From: an uncultured Acidimicrobiales bacterium | GTDB taxonomy: Bacteria > Actinomycetota > Acidimicrobiia > Acidimicrobiales > Iamiaceae | Reading direction: 5' to 3' | Length of the DNA stretch: 64,000 nucleotides | Assembly (NCBI GenBank): GCA_963749745.1 | Contig: CAVVNP010000007.1 | Coordinates: 11,351 to 75,350 of the forward strand | Part shown: positions 18,359 through 27,015 of the stretch, piece by piece | Numbering within the stretch: position 1 is the stretch's first letter | Layout: each line of letters opens with the position of its first letter | Notes under the pieces: generated by a model | Told to the model about the DNA's origin: nothing | Databases searched by the model: none | What the model saw: only the letters and a program-made list of their open reading frames with translations | Program-made: the position numbers and the translations under genes

Positions 18359-19492
18359 ATGGCCTTCGACCTGGCGTTCATCGCGGTGCGGCTCTGCATC
18401 GGCGCCTGGCTGCTGGCCCGCCTTCGGCCCATCGCCGCCGCCCCTCCCGGGCGACGCAGCACGGGCTGCTCGGTCGTGGTGCCGGCGCGCGACGAGGCCG
18501 GTCACCTGCCCGGGACGTTGCCGGCCGTCCTGGCCCAGCTCGGCCCCGACGACGAGCTCGTCGTCGTCGACGACCACTCCGTCGACGGGACCGCGACGGT
18601 GGCGGAGGAGCTCGGGGTGGAGGTCCTGCTGGCGCCGCCGCTGCCGACGGGTTGGACCGGGAAGAGCTGGGCCTGTTGGACCGGCGCCCGGGCCACGACC
18701 AACCCGGTGATCGCCTTCCTCGATGCCGACACCACCCTCGCGCCGGGAACGGTCGACGCCGTGGTGGCGGAGGTCACCGGGACGACCGGCATGGTGTCGA
18801 TCCAGCCCTACCACCGGGTGCCGACCGCCGTCGAGAAGCTCAGCGCCTTCTTCAACGTGGTGGCGCTCATGGCCACGGACGCGTTCACCCCGCTCGGCCG
18901 ACGGCTGACGACGACGGCCGCGTTCGGCCCGGTGCTGGCGGTGCGACGCGAGGACTACGAGCGCCTCGACGGCCACCGGGCCGCCGCCGGTGCGGTGATC
19001 GAGGACATCACGCTCGCGCAGCGCTGGCGGGCCGATGGCCGGCCCGTCACCTGCCACGCCGGACGCCGCACCGCCGCCTTCCGCATGTACCCCGGCGGGT
19101 ACCGGGAGCTGCTCGACGGCTGGACCAAGAACCTGGCTGCCGGCGCCGCCGCCGTCCGGTTGCCGTCGGCGATACTGACCGTCCTGTGGGTCAGCCTGCC
19201 CTTGCAGGCGTCCTGGGAGCTGGCTCGCATCGCCATCGGCCGCCCGTGGGGTGGGGTGGCCTGGACGCTCGGCCTCTACTTGGTCGTGGCTCTCCAGTTG
19301 TCGTGGATGCTGCGGCGGATCGGATCCTTCGGCGTGGTCACCGCCCTGCTCTTCCCCCTGCCGCTCCTGTTCTTCGTCGCCGTGTTCGCCCGCAGCGCGG
19401 CGCGGGCCGTGGCCGGCACGCCGGTGCGTTGGAAGGGACGAGACGTACCCACCAGACCGGGACCGGTCAGCCGCGGCGAGAGCGTTCCCTGA
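18359..19492 (+). CDS. membrane-bound glycosyltransferase family 2 protein (CrtQ/carotenoid- or lipid-glycosyltransferase-like)
   Basis: N-terminal TM, VVVPARDEAGHLP, VVVDDHSVDGT and FLDADT, with C-terminal TM helices. Confidence 0.8.
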   Translation: MAFDLAFIAVRLCIGAWLLARLRPIAAAPPGRRSTGCSVVVPARDEAGHLPGTLPAVLAQLGPDDELVVVDDHSVDGTATVAEELGVEVLLAPPLPTGWTGKSWACWTGARATTNPVIAFLDADTTLAPGTVDAVVAEVTGTTGMVSIQPYHRVPTAVEKLSAFFNVVALMATDAFTPLGRRLTTTAAFGPVLAVRREDYERLDGHRAAAGAVIEDITLAQRWRADGRPVTCHAGRRTAAFRMYPGGYRELLDGWTKNLAAGAAAVRLPSAILTVLWVSLPLQASWELARIAIGRPWGGVAWTLGLYLVVALQLSWMLRRIGSFGVVTALLFPLPLLFFVAVFARSAARAVAGTPVRWKGRDVPTRPGPVSRGESVP

Positions 19493-19557
19493 CCGCCGCG
19501 GTCCGAGCCGCCGGGCCCGGGATCCCTCACCGTCGCCGCCTCGTAGGATCGGCGACC

Positions 19558-20103
19558 ATGCCGATCGAAGATGACGAGCGGCGGGCCGACCTGGCACGTC
19601 GGATCCGGGCCGCCGCCCACCTGACCGGCACGTTCACGCTGCGGTCCGGCCGGGTGTCGACCGAGTACTTCGACAAGTACCAGTTCGAGTCCGACCCCGG
19701 GTTGTTGGCCGACATCGCCTCCGCCATGGCCGACCTCGTTCCCGACGGCACCGAGGTCCTGGCCGGACTCGAGCTGGGTGGCGTCCCGGTGGTGACGGCC
19801 CTGTCGCAGGTCACCGGCCTCCCGGCCGCCTTCGTCCGCAAGCAGGCCAAGGAGTACGGCACGGCCCGGTTCTGCGAGGGGGCCGCCGTCGACGGTCGCC
19901 GGGTGCTGGTCGTGGAAGACGTCGTCACGTCGGGGGGTCAGGTCGTGCTCTCCACCCGTGACCTGCGCGGCATCGGCGCCGACGTCCAGCACGTGGCCTG
20001 CGTGATCGACCGCAGCGAAGGCGGGACCCAGGCCCTGACCGACGAGGGCCTCACCCTCGCCTCGGTGGTCGACCGCTCCGATCTGGACGCCGCCGCGACC
20101 TGA
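19558..20103 (+). CDS. pyrE: orotate phosphoribosyltransferase
   Basis: FTLRSGRVSTEYFDKY and PRPP loop VLVVEDVVTSGGQV. Confidence 0.92.
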   Translation: MPIEDDERRADLARRIRAAAHLTGTFTLRSGRVSTEYFDKYQFESDPGLLADIASAMADLVPDGTEVLAGLELGGVPVVTALSQVTGLPAAFVRKQAKEYGTARFCEGAAVDGRRVLVVEDVVTSGGQVVLSTRDLRGIGADVQHVACVIDRSEGGTQALTDEGLTLASVVDRSDLDAAAT

Positions 20104-20110
20104 TCGCCGG

Positions 20111-20707
20111 TCAGACGGCGGCGATGGGCGGCGAGGGAGGCTTGTCGCCGTCGCTCGCCGCTTCGCCGACGGTAGCGGGACGGAAGACCCGATCGCGGAA
20201 GTAGCGCAGCTCGGCCACGCTCTCGCGGATGTCGTCCATGGCCCGGTGGGAACCGCCTTTGCGGGGAGCGGCGGCGACCACGTCGGGGTACCAGCGACGG
20301 GCGAGTTCCTTGATCGTGGAGACGTCGACGCTCCGGTAGTGCAGGTACTCCTCGATCTCGGGCAGGTACGCGGCGAGGAAGCGCCGGTCGGTGCCGATGG
20401 AGTTCCCGCACAGCGGCACGCTGCGCTCCTTGGGCACCTGGGACTTGATGAAGTCGAGGGTCGCCGCCCCTGCCTCCTCCAGGGTGACGGACGAGGCGGC
20501 GATGGCTTCGAGCAGCCCGCTGGCGGTGTGCATCTCCTGCACGACCGGCAGCAGGTCGGCCAGCGCCTCGGCCGGCTGGTGGATGACCAGGTCCGGTCCT
20601 TCGGCCACCGTGTGCAACTCGTCGTCGGTGACCAGGGTGGCGATCTCGACGATGACGTCTCGGGTGGCGTCGAGGCCGGTCATCTCCAGGTCCATCCAGA
20701 CGAGCAC
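20111..20707 (-). CDS. orn: oligoribonuclease
   Basis: LVWMDLEMTGLD (DEDD exo I), CGNSIGTDRRFL, HYRSVDVSTIKEL, HRAMDDIRESV. Confidence 0.92.
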   Translation of the reverse strand: MLVWMDLEMTGLDATRDVIVEIATLVTDDELHTVAEGPDLVIHQPAEALADLLPVVQEMHTASGLLEAIAASSVTLEEAGAATLDFIKSQVPKERSVPLCGNSIGTDRRFLAAYLPEIEEYLHYRSVDVSTIKELARRWYPDVVAAAPRKGGSHRAMDDIRESVAELRYFRDRVFRPATVGEAASDGDKPPSPPIAAV

Positions 20708-20729
20708 GGTCAGATCGTAGGGTCGACGC

Positions 20730-21185
20730 GTGAGCGACGCTTCGCTGGACGTGATGATCGTGCGGCTCGATCCCGGGCTGCCGCCGCCCTCCTACGCCCA
20801 CCACGACGATGCCGGCGCCGACCTTCGGGCCCGCCAACGTGTCGAACTGGCCGCCGCAGGCGGTCGCGCCGCGGTCCCGACCGGCGTGGCGTTGGCCCTC
20901 CCCGAGGGGTGGGCGGGCCTGGTGGTGCCCCGCAGCGGCCTCGCCTCCCGCCACGGCGTCACGTGCCTCAACACCCCCGGGCTGGTCGACGCCGGCTACC
21001 GGGGCGAGCTGATGGTCCTGCTGGTGAACACCGACCCCTCCGAGCCCTACGCGGTCGAGCGCGGTGACCGCGTCGCGCAGCTCGTCATCCAGCCCGTCGC
21101 CCACGCCCGGTTCCAGGAGGTCGGCCCCGACGAGCTGCCCCCGTCCGACCGTGGCGCCGGTCGCTTCGGCAGCTCCGGTCGCTAG
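20730..21185 (+). CDS. dut: dUTP diphosphatase
   Basis: DAGADL, PRSGLASRHGV, GLVDAGYRGEL, RVAQLV and C-terminal RGAGRFGSSG. Confidence 0.92.
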   Translation: MSDASLDVMIVRLDPGLPPPSYAHHDDAGADLRARQRVELAAAGGRAAVPTGVALALPEGWAGLVVPRSGLASRHGVTCLNTPGLVDAGYRGELMVLLVNTDPSEPYAVERGDRVAQLVIQPVAHARFQEVGPDELPPSDRGAGRFGSSGR

Positions 21186-21280
21186 CGCGGTCTGGCTGCG
21201 CAGGCGCGAGCCGGAGCAGCCTCGGGGGCGTGGGTGTCGTGGCGAAGCCGTGCCGGCGAGGCCTGCCGAGCTGGCACCGA

Positions 21281-22036
21281 TCAATACCGCTCGAGGCGGT
21301 CGCGGAGCATGTTGAGGCTTCGGGTCAGGAGGCGGGAGACGTGCATCTGGCTGATGCCGAGGCGCTCGGCGATCTGGGACTGGGTCATGCCCTGGTAGAA
21401 GCGCAGGTGGAGCATGAGCCGCTCGCGCCCGGGCAGGCCTTCGAGCAGGTCGGCGATGACCATGCGGTTCTCGGCGTCGAACAGGTGGGCGTCCTCGCTC
21501 CCCAGGGTGTTGGCCAGCCCGCGGGTGTCCTCGTCACCCTCACCGAACGGCGCATCGATGGAGGTGGACCGGTAGGCCTGTGATGCCTCCATGGCTTCGA
21601 GCACCTCCTCCTCCGAGGTCTGGGCGGCGACGGCCAGCTCGGACACGGTGGGCGAGTGGCCGAGGCGCTGGGTGAGCTGGCCGACCAGCGAGTTGAGCTC
21701 GATGTGCAGTTCCTGGACCCGGCGGGGCACCCGCACCGCCCAGCCCTTGTCGCGGAAGTAGCGCTTCAGCTCACCGACGATGGTCGGGGTCGCGAAGGTC
21801 GAGAACTCCAGCCCCCGCTCGGGCTCGAAGCGATCGACGGCCTTCACCAGCCCCAGCGAGGCGACCTGGATCAGGTCTTCGAGCGGCACGCCACGGTTGT
21901 TGAACCGACGGGCCAGGTGCTCGGCCAGCCGGAGGTGCGCGTGGATCAAGGTGTCGCGCAGCATCGGGTCGCCCGTGACCCGGTACTCGTCGAAGGTGCG
22001 CCGGAGCTCCTCGCGCTCGCCGTCGTGGAGTGTCAC
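21281..22036 (-). CDS. SigB/SigF-family (group 3) RNA polymerase sigma factor
   Basis: The GTG overlaps the anti-sigma stop (GTGA). Region 2 is DLIQVASLGLVKAVDRFEPERGLEFSTFATPTIVGELKRYFRD and region 4 is TQSQIAERLGISQMHVSRL. Confidence 0.88.
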   Translation of the reverse strand: MTLHDGEREELRRTFDEYRVTGDPMLRDTLIHAHLRLAEHLARRFNNRGVPLEDLIQVASLGLVKAVDRFEPERGLEFSTFATPTIVGELKRYFRDKGWAVRVPRRVQELHIELNSLVGQLTQRLGHSPTVSELAVAAQTSEEEVLEAMEASQAYRSTSIDAPFGEGDEDTRGLANTLGSEDAHLFDAENRMVIADLLEGLPGRERLMLHLRFYQGMTQSQIAERLGISQMHVSRLLTRSLNMLRDRLERY

Positions 22037-22410
22037 GCCGACGGGGTGCCGACGGCCTTGCTCAGGCTGACGTGCCCGTCGAGTGAGGAGAACTCGTACC
22101 GGTCGACCACCGCATCCAGGATCTGGGCCGACAGGTCCGATCCTTCGCCGTCGAGGGCGGCATCGGAAGGGGCGCGGTCCATCTGCACGTCGAGGCCGGT
22201 CGGTGAGGCCCTGAAGCGGAGGGTCAGGGTGCCGCTTCCGCCGTCGGGACCGATGAGCAGCGAACAGCCCTCGCCCACGGCGATGCGGAGGTCCTCGACC
22301 TCGTCGTAGCTGAAGCCGACCTTGGTGGCCAGGCTGGCGACGGTGAGACGGGCCAATCGGACGAAGTCGGGTACTGCCGGCAGGGTCAGGGTGATGTTGT
22401 TGTCGGTCAC
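22033..22410 (-). CDS. rsbW: anti-sigma factor, RsbW/UsfX-like (HATPase_c_2)
   Basis: 125 aa, immediately upstream of and translationally coupled to the sigma factor gene. Contains VRLARLTVASLA...EVEDLRIAVGE. Confidence 0.78.
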   Translation of the reverse strand: MTDNNITLTLPAVPDFVRLARLTVASLATKVGFSYDEVEDLRIAVGEGCSLLIGPDGGSGTLTLRFRASPTGLDVQMDRAPSDAALDGEGSDLSAQILDAVVDRYEFSSLDGHVSLSKAVGTPSA

Positions 22411-22497
22411 GGTGAGTTCCTCGCGGGCAGCCGCCGGGCCGCACCGATCATGGCACGCTCGGCGCGAAGCTCCCGACGACGGTCCCGGGTGCAGCCG

Positions 22498-23502
22498 TCA
22501 GCCCGGCTCGCGCCGGACCTCGGACGGGTCCTTGTCGATGCGACGTCCCAGGTAGGAGGGGTGGCGCAGGACGCCGTCGCCTGTCCACTCCCCGAAGGCG
22601 ACCTCGACCACCAGCTCGGGGCGGAGGAAGTGGGCGGACCGCAGCGCCGGCTCTGCGGGCAGGTCGACGAACGGTGAACGCTCGGCGGCCAAGTCGGCGA
22701 ACTGCCGGGCCAGGCGTCCCAGTTCGGCGGCATCGAAGCCGGTCCCGACCCGGCCGGCGTAGCGCAGCACCAGCGGCTCCCCGGTCCCCGCCGGTGCTTC
22801 CGCGCCGTCGGCCACGACACCGAGCAGCAAGGCGCCGATGGCACCGGAACGACCGCCGGAGCCTTCGGTCCAACCGCCCACGACGAACTCCTGGTGGCGC
22901 CGCACCTTGACCTTGCGCCATGCCCGTGACCGCCGACCGGGCTGGTACGGGCTGTCGACCCGCTTGGCCACGACCCCTTCGAGCCCGTTGCGGTCGGCGA
23001 TGTCCAACAGGTCCGCCCCGGACCCCCGCCAGTCCTTCGGCACGGACCAGCTCGGGCCGTCGGGCAGCAACTGGTGCAGGATCCGGCGCCGTTCGAGGTA
23101 GGGGAGCGTCAGGAGCGAGGCATCGTCGAGGTGCAGCAGGTCGAACACGACCAGGTTCACGGGGACCTCGACGGACCGCCGGCGCGCCTCGGCCTCGTTG
23201 ACCACGTGCATCCGCTGCTGCAGCCGGCCGAAGTCGGGTCGGGCGATGCCCGCGGCGGTCGTCTCGGCGAAGGCGACGACCTCGCCGTCGAGCACGGCTG
23301 CCCGGCCCCCGAGCCCGGCCGCCAGGCCGCGGAGCTCCGGGAAGGAGGCGGTGGCGTCCTTGCCGTTGGTCGTGACCAGGCGGAGCGAGGATCGTTCGTC
23401 AGCGCGGGGATCGGCGAAGGCCAGGACGCGCATCCCGTCCCACTTGATCTCGAAGGCCCACCCCTCCTCGTCCACCGGCAGGTCCCCGGCGACCGCCTTC
23501 AT
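22498..23502 (-). CDS. ATP-dependent DNA ligase, ligase-domain-only (LigD-LIG/LigC type)
   Basis: Adenylation motif FEIKWDGMR, then LDGEVV, VVFDLL, EGVVAKR, WRKVK and an OB domain. Confidence 0.85.
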   Translation of the reverse strand: MKAVAGDLPVDEEGWAFEIKWDGMRVLAFADPRADERSSLRLVTTNGKDATASFPELRGLAAGLGGRAAVLDGEVVAFAETTAAGIARPDFGRLQQRMHVVNEAEARRRSVEVPVNLVVFDLLHLDDASLLTLPYLERRRILHQLLPDGPSWSVPKDWRGSGADLLDIADRNGLEGVVAKRVDSPYQPGRRSRAWRKVKVRRHQEFVVGGWTEGSGGRSGAIGALLLGVVADGAEAPAGTGEPLVLRYAGRVGTGFDAAELGRLARQFADLAAERSPFVDLPAEPALRSAHFLRPELVVEVAFGEWTGDGVLRHPSYLGRRIDKDPSEVRREPG

Positions 23503-23534
23503 CGGGGCCAGCGACGGGAGGTCGCCGATCGGGG

Positions 23535-24917
23535 TCAGAGGTACTGCATGGGATCGACGGCGACCCCGTTGGGGCGGATCTCGAAGTGCAGGTGGGGGCC
23601 GGTGGACTCGCCGGTGGATCCCACGTAGCCGATGGTCTGGCCCTGGCTGACCTGTTGGCCCTCGCTGACCGCGAGGCGGCTCTGGTGGCCGTAGCCGGTG
23701 ACCATGCCGCCGCCGTGGTCGATGAGCACCATGTTGCCGTAGCCGTCCATCCAGCCTGCGTAGATGACCGTTCCGGACTTGGCGGCGTGGATGGGTGCGC
23801 CGTACGGGGCGCCGATGTCGATGCCGGCGTGCAGCGAACCCCACCGGTAGCCGAAGCCGGAGGTGATCGGTCCGTCGGCGGGGAAGATGAACCCCGAGGA
23901 AGACCCGCCACCGGCGGACGGAGCCGGCGGCGGGTCCGGAGCGGGCGGCGCCTCAGTCGCCGGGGCCTCGGGAGCGGACGCCTCGGTGGTGGGCGCCGCG
24001 GTGGTGGGCGCAGGGGCGGCCGCCTTCTCGGCGTCGGCCTTGGCCTGGGCGTCCTTGGCGTCCTGGGCCTGCTGCGCAGCCTGCGCCTGCTGCGCAGCCT
24101 GCGCCTGGCGGGCGGCCTCGGCCTGGCGGGCCGCTTCGGCCTGGCGGGCCGCTTCGGCCTCGGCCAGCTTCTGTTGGATGATCGTGGTCAGCTCGTCCTC
24201 TCGGGCAGCGAGGGCGTTGGCTTCTCCCTGCACGCCGGCGATGCGCTGCTCGAGCGCCGTCGCCGCCTGGGCCTGCTCGTCGCGGGCCTGCTGGAGACCT
24301 TGCTGCTCGGCCTCGAGGTCGGCCCGCCGCTGGTCGGCTGCGACCTTGGCGGCGTCGGCACGGGTGCGGGCCCGATCCGTTCGCTGCTGAGCAGCGCGGA
24401 GCTGGTCGAGCACGTCGGCGTCGGTGCCGCTCACCGAGCCGTTCAGCGCCTGGCGGGACTCGGCTTCGCCGATGGTCTGGGAGTGCAGCACCTGGGCCAG
24501 GTCCTCCGTGCTGGGGTGCACGTAGTCGTAGACGGCCCGCTCCCGGACCCGTCCCCGGAGCGTGTTGACGGCCTGCTCCGCCCGGGCCAGCTCGGCCGCC
24601 AACTGGTCGGCGGTGACCTTGGCCTGGTCGGCGTTGCGGACGGCGTCGGCGACCTTGCTCTGCTGCACCACCAGGTTCTGGTCCAACGTCTGGACGGCCG
24701 CTTCGAGCTGCGCATCGCTGGCCCGGAGGGCGTCGAGCTGGGTGGCCACCTCGACCTGCTGCTGGCGGACCTGGTCTCGCTGGCTGCGCTCGTCCTGCGC
24801 ATCCGGGTCCGCCGCCCGGGCTGGGAGCGCCACGATGCCGACGATCAGGAGCAGGCACGCCAGGACGGCGAGGAAGCGCCCGGGAACACGGCCGGAGGTC
24901 TGGGGTGGAGGCGTCAC
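23535..24917 (-). CDS. M23 family metallopeptidase with a long N-terminal coiled coil
   Basis: TM/signal segment, a Q/A/E/R-rich coiled coil and a C-terminal HAGIDI...GYGNMVLIDHG...STGPHLHFEI. The start is uncertain: GTG 24917 was chosen because ATG 25058 would overlap divergent glgE. Confidence 0.85.
   Translation of the reverse strand: MTPPPQTSGRVPGRFLAVLACLLLIVGIVALPARAADPDAQDERSQRDQVRQQQVEVATQLDALRASDAQLEAAVQTLDQNLVVQQSKVADAVRNADQAKVTADQLAAELARAEQAVNTLRGRVRERAVYDYVHPSTEDLAQVLHSQTIGEAESRQALNGSVSGTDADVLDQLRAAQQRTDRARTRADAAKVAADQRRADLEAEQQGLQQARDEQAQAATALEQRIAGVQGEANALAAREDELTTIIQQKLAEAEAARQAEAARQAEAARQAQAAQQAQAAQQAQDAKDAQAKADAEKAAAPAPTTAAPTTEASAPEAPATEAPPAPDPPPAPSAGGGSSSGFIFPADGPITSGFGYRWGSLHAGIDIGAPYGAPIHAAKSGTVIYAGWMDGYGNMVLIDHGGGMVTGYGHQSRLAVSEGQQVSQGQTIGYVGSTGESTGPHLHFEIRPNGVAVDPMQYL
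24067..24156. repeat. five in-frame 18-nt tandem repeats inside the M23 peptidase gene
   Basis: 2x GCCTGCTGCGCAGCCTGC, then 3x GCCTGGCGGGC(G/C)GC(C/T)TCG. On the minus strand these encode (AEAARQ)x3 then (AQAAQQ)x2. Confidence 0.85.
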
Positions 24918-25041
24918 AGAACTACTTTGCTCGGGGTCTCCGCCCGCAGAGCTGGCGCTGAAGGTACCCGCGGCCGGCGGCCGCGGCAAGGGCCGGTCTG
25001 CCGGTTCTCCCTGCCCCGGGCTGTCGCGGTAGACACGAACG

Positions 25042-27015
25042 ATGCCTGCACCTCCCAAGCGCCGGCCACCCAGGATCCTGGTCCAACACCTGGAGCCGGC
25101 GGTGGATGGGGGCGCCTACCGCCCCAAGCGGTGCGTCGGCGACCTGGTGGTGGTCGGCGTCGACGTGTTCGGCGACGGCCACGACACCCTGCGCGCCGTG
25201 GCGCGGTGGAAGGGCCCTGGCGACCCGACGTGGTCCGAGGCGCCGCTGCGCCCGGTGGACGCCGAGCAGGCCGGCGTGCGCTGGCAGGGGGCGTTCGTGG
25301 TGGAACGGCCCGGGCGGTGGACCTGGTCGGTCCTGGCCTGGGCCGACCACCTGGCGACCTGGCTCGTCGAGCTGCGCCGCAAGGTCGACGCCGGCCAGGC
25401 CGACCTGTCCGGTGAGCTGTCCGAAGGGGCTTTGCTGCTCGAAGGCCTGCGCCGGCGGGCACGGGGCAGCGACCGCGAGCTCGTCGCCGGCGTGGCGGAG
25501 CACCTGGCCAACGGCGTGTCGGCCCCGTCGGACGAGCTGCTGGAGGAGCTGTTGGCCCCGGCCCTGTCCGAGGTCGGTGAACGCTGGCCGGACCGCAAGC
25601 CGGCTGCCGGATCGGCGATCCAGGGGCTGGACGTCGATCCCGTCCTGGCCCGGTTCGGCGCCTGGTACGAGCTGTTCCCCCGTTCGTGGGGCGGGTTCCC
25701 CGGCGTCACCGAGCAGCTCCCCGCCCTGGCCGACCTCGGCTTCGACGTGGTCTACCTGCCCCCCATCCACCCCATCGGCCACACCAACCGCAAGGGCGCC
25801 AACAACGCCCTGGTCGCCGCTCCGGGCGACCCCGGCAGCCCCTGGGCCATCGGCGACGAGACCGGCGGGCACACCGCGGTGCACCCCGACCTGGGCACGA
25901 TCCGACAGTTCGACGCCATGGTCGGCGCCGCCCGCCAGGTGGGGATCGAGATCGCCCTGGACTTCGCCATCCAGTGCTCGGCCGACCATCCGTGGCTCAC
26001 CGAGCATCCCGAGTGGTTCAACCGCCGGCCCGACGGCACCCTCAAGTACGCCGAGAACCCGCCCAAGAAGTACCAGGACATCTACAACGTCAACTTCGAC
26101 TGCGACGACTGGCAGGGGTTGTGGCAGGCCCTGCTCGACGTGGTCGTCCACTGGGTCGACCGCGGCATCCGGGTGTTCCGGGTGGACAACCCCCACACCA
26201 AGCCGGTGCCGTTCTGGGAGTGGCTCATCGCGTCGGTTCGTGAGGAGCACCCGGACGTCATCTTCCTGGCCGAGGCGTTCACCAAGCGCGCCATGATGCA
26301 GGCGCTGGGCAAGGTCGGGTTCAACCAGAGCTACACGTACTTCACGTGGAAGAGCTCGCGCTGGGAGCTGACCGAGTACGTGCAGGAGCTGGCCGGAGGC
26401 GAGGAGCGTGAGTACTTCCGCCCCAACTTCTTCACCAACACCCCCGACATCCTGACCGAGGAGCTGGTCCGCGGCGGCCCGCCCGCCTTCGCCAGCCGCC
26501 TCGTCCTGGCCGCCACCCTGTCGCCCTCCTACGGCATCTACTCGGGCTACGAGAGCTACGAGAACGTGCCCGTCCGGCCCGGCTCCGAGGAGTACCTCGA
26601 CTCCGAGAAGTTCCAGGTCGAGGAGCGTTCCCTCGACGGACCCCTGTTGCCGTTGGTGCGCCGGCTGAACCACATCCGCCGGGACAACCCCGCGCTCCAG
26701 CAGTTCGAGCGGATCACGTTCCTCGACACCGAGAACGATGCCCTCATCGCCTACGCCAAGCGGGGGCCCGAACAGCTCGTCGACGGTCAGATCGTGCCGT
26801 CGTCCAACGTGGTGCTCACCGTCGTGTCCCTGGATCCCGAACGGGACCAGGAAGGCATCACCGTGGTGAGCGCCGACCTGGGCCTGCCCCCGACCTTCGC
26901 GGTCTCCGACCTGCTGACCGGCGACCGCTTCGACTGGCACACCGGGCGCAACTACGTCCGGCTCTCACCCGGCCTGCAACCGGCCCACGTCCTGCGGGTC
27001 GAGACGTCCCGATGA
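25042..27015 (+). CDS. glgE: alpha-1,4-glucan:maltose-1-phosphate maltosyltransferase
   Basis: 657 aa, intact. [46 protein letters not shown]. Confidence 0.93.
   Translation: MPAPPKRRPPRILVQHLEPAVDGGAYRPKRCVGDLVVVGVDVFGDGHDTLRAVARWKGPGDPTWSEAPLRPVDAEQAGVRWQGAFVVERPGRWTWSVLAWADHLATWLVELRRKVDAGQADLSGELSEGALLLEGLRRRARGSDRELVAGVAEHLANGVSAPSDELLEELLAPALSEVGERWPDRKPAAGSAIQGLDVDPVLARFGAWYELFPRSWGGFPGVTEQLPALADLGFDVVYLPPIHPIGHTNRKGANNALVAAPGDPGSPWAIGDETGGHTAVHPDLGTIRQFDAMVGAARQVGIEIALDFAIQCSADHPWLTEHPEWFNRRPDGTLKYAENPPKKYQDIYNVNFDCDDWQGLWQALLDVVVHWVDRGIRVFRVDNPHTKPVPFWEWLIASVREEHPDVIFLAEAFTKRAMMQALGKVGFNQSYTYFTWKSSRWELTEYVQELAGGEEREYFRPNFFTNTPDILTEELVRGGPPAFASRLVLAATLSPSYGIYSGYESYENVPVRPGSEEYLDSEKFQVEERSLDGPLLPLVRRLNHIRRDNPALQQFERITFLDTENDALIAYAKRGPEQLVDGQIVPSSNVVLTVVSLDPERDQEGITVVSADLGLPPTFAVSDLLTGDRFDWHTGRNYVRLSPGLQPAHVLRVETSR

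Noticed and set aside
23535-25058. The ORF-track start ATG 25058 for the M23 peptidase.
   Set aside because: It would overlap the divergently transcribed glgE start (25042). It would also add a Pro/Gly/Ser-rich 47-aa extension before the TM segment. GTG 24917 is more plausible but remains unverified.
24918-25060. A cyclic-di-AMP (ydaO-type) riboswitch upstream of the M23 cell-wall hydrolase, as seen before some actinobacterial hydrolase genes.
   Set aside because: Only about 125 nt are available, and I could not find the conserved ydaO sequence blocks. There is no room for both a promoter and the aptamer without entering glgE. It would need an Infernal/Rfam scan to exclude formally.
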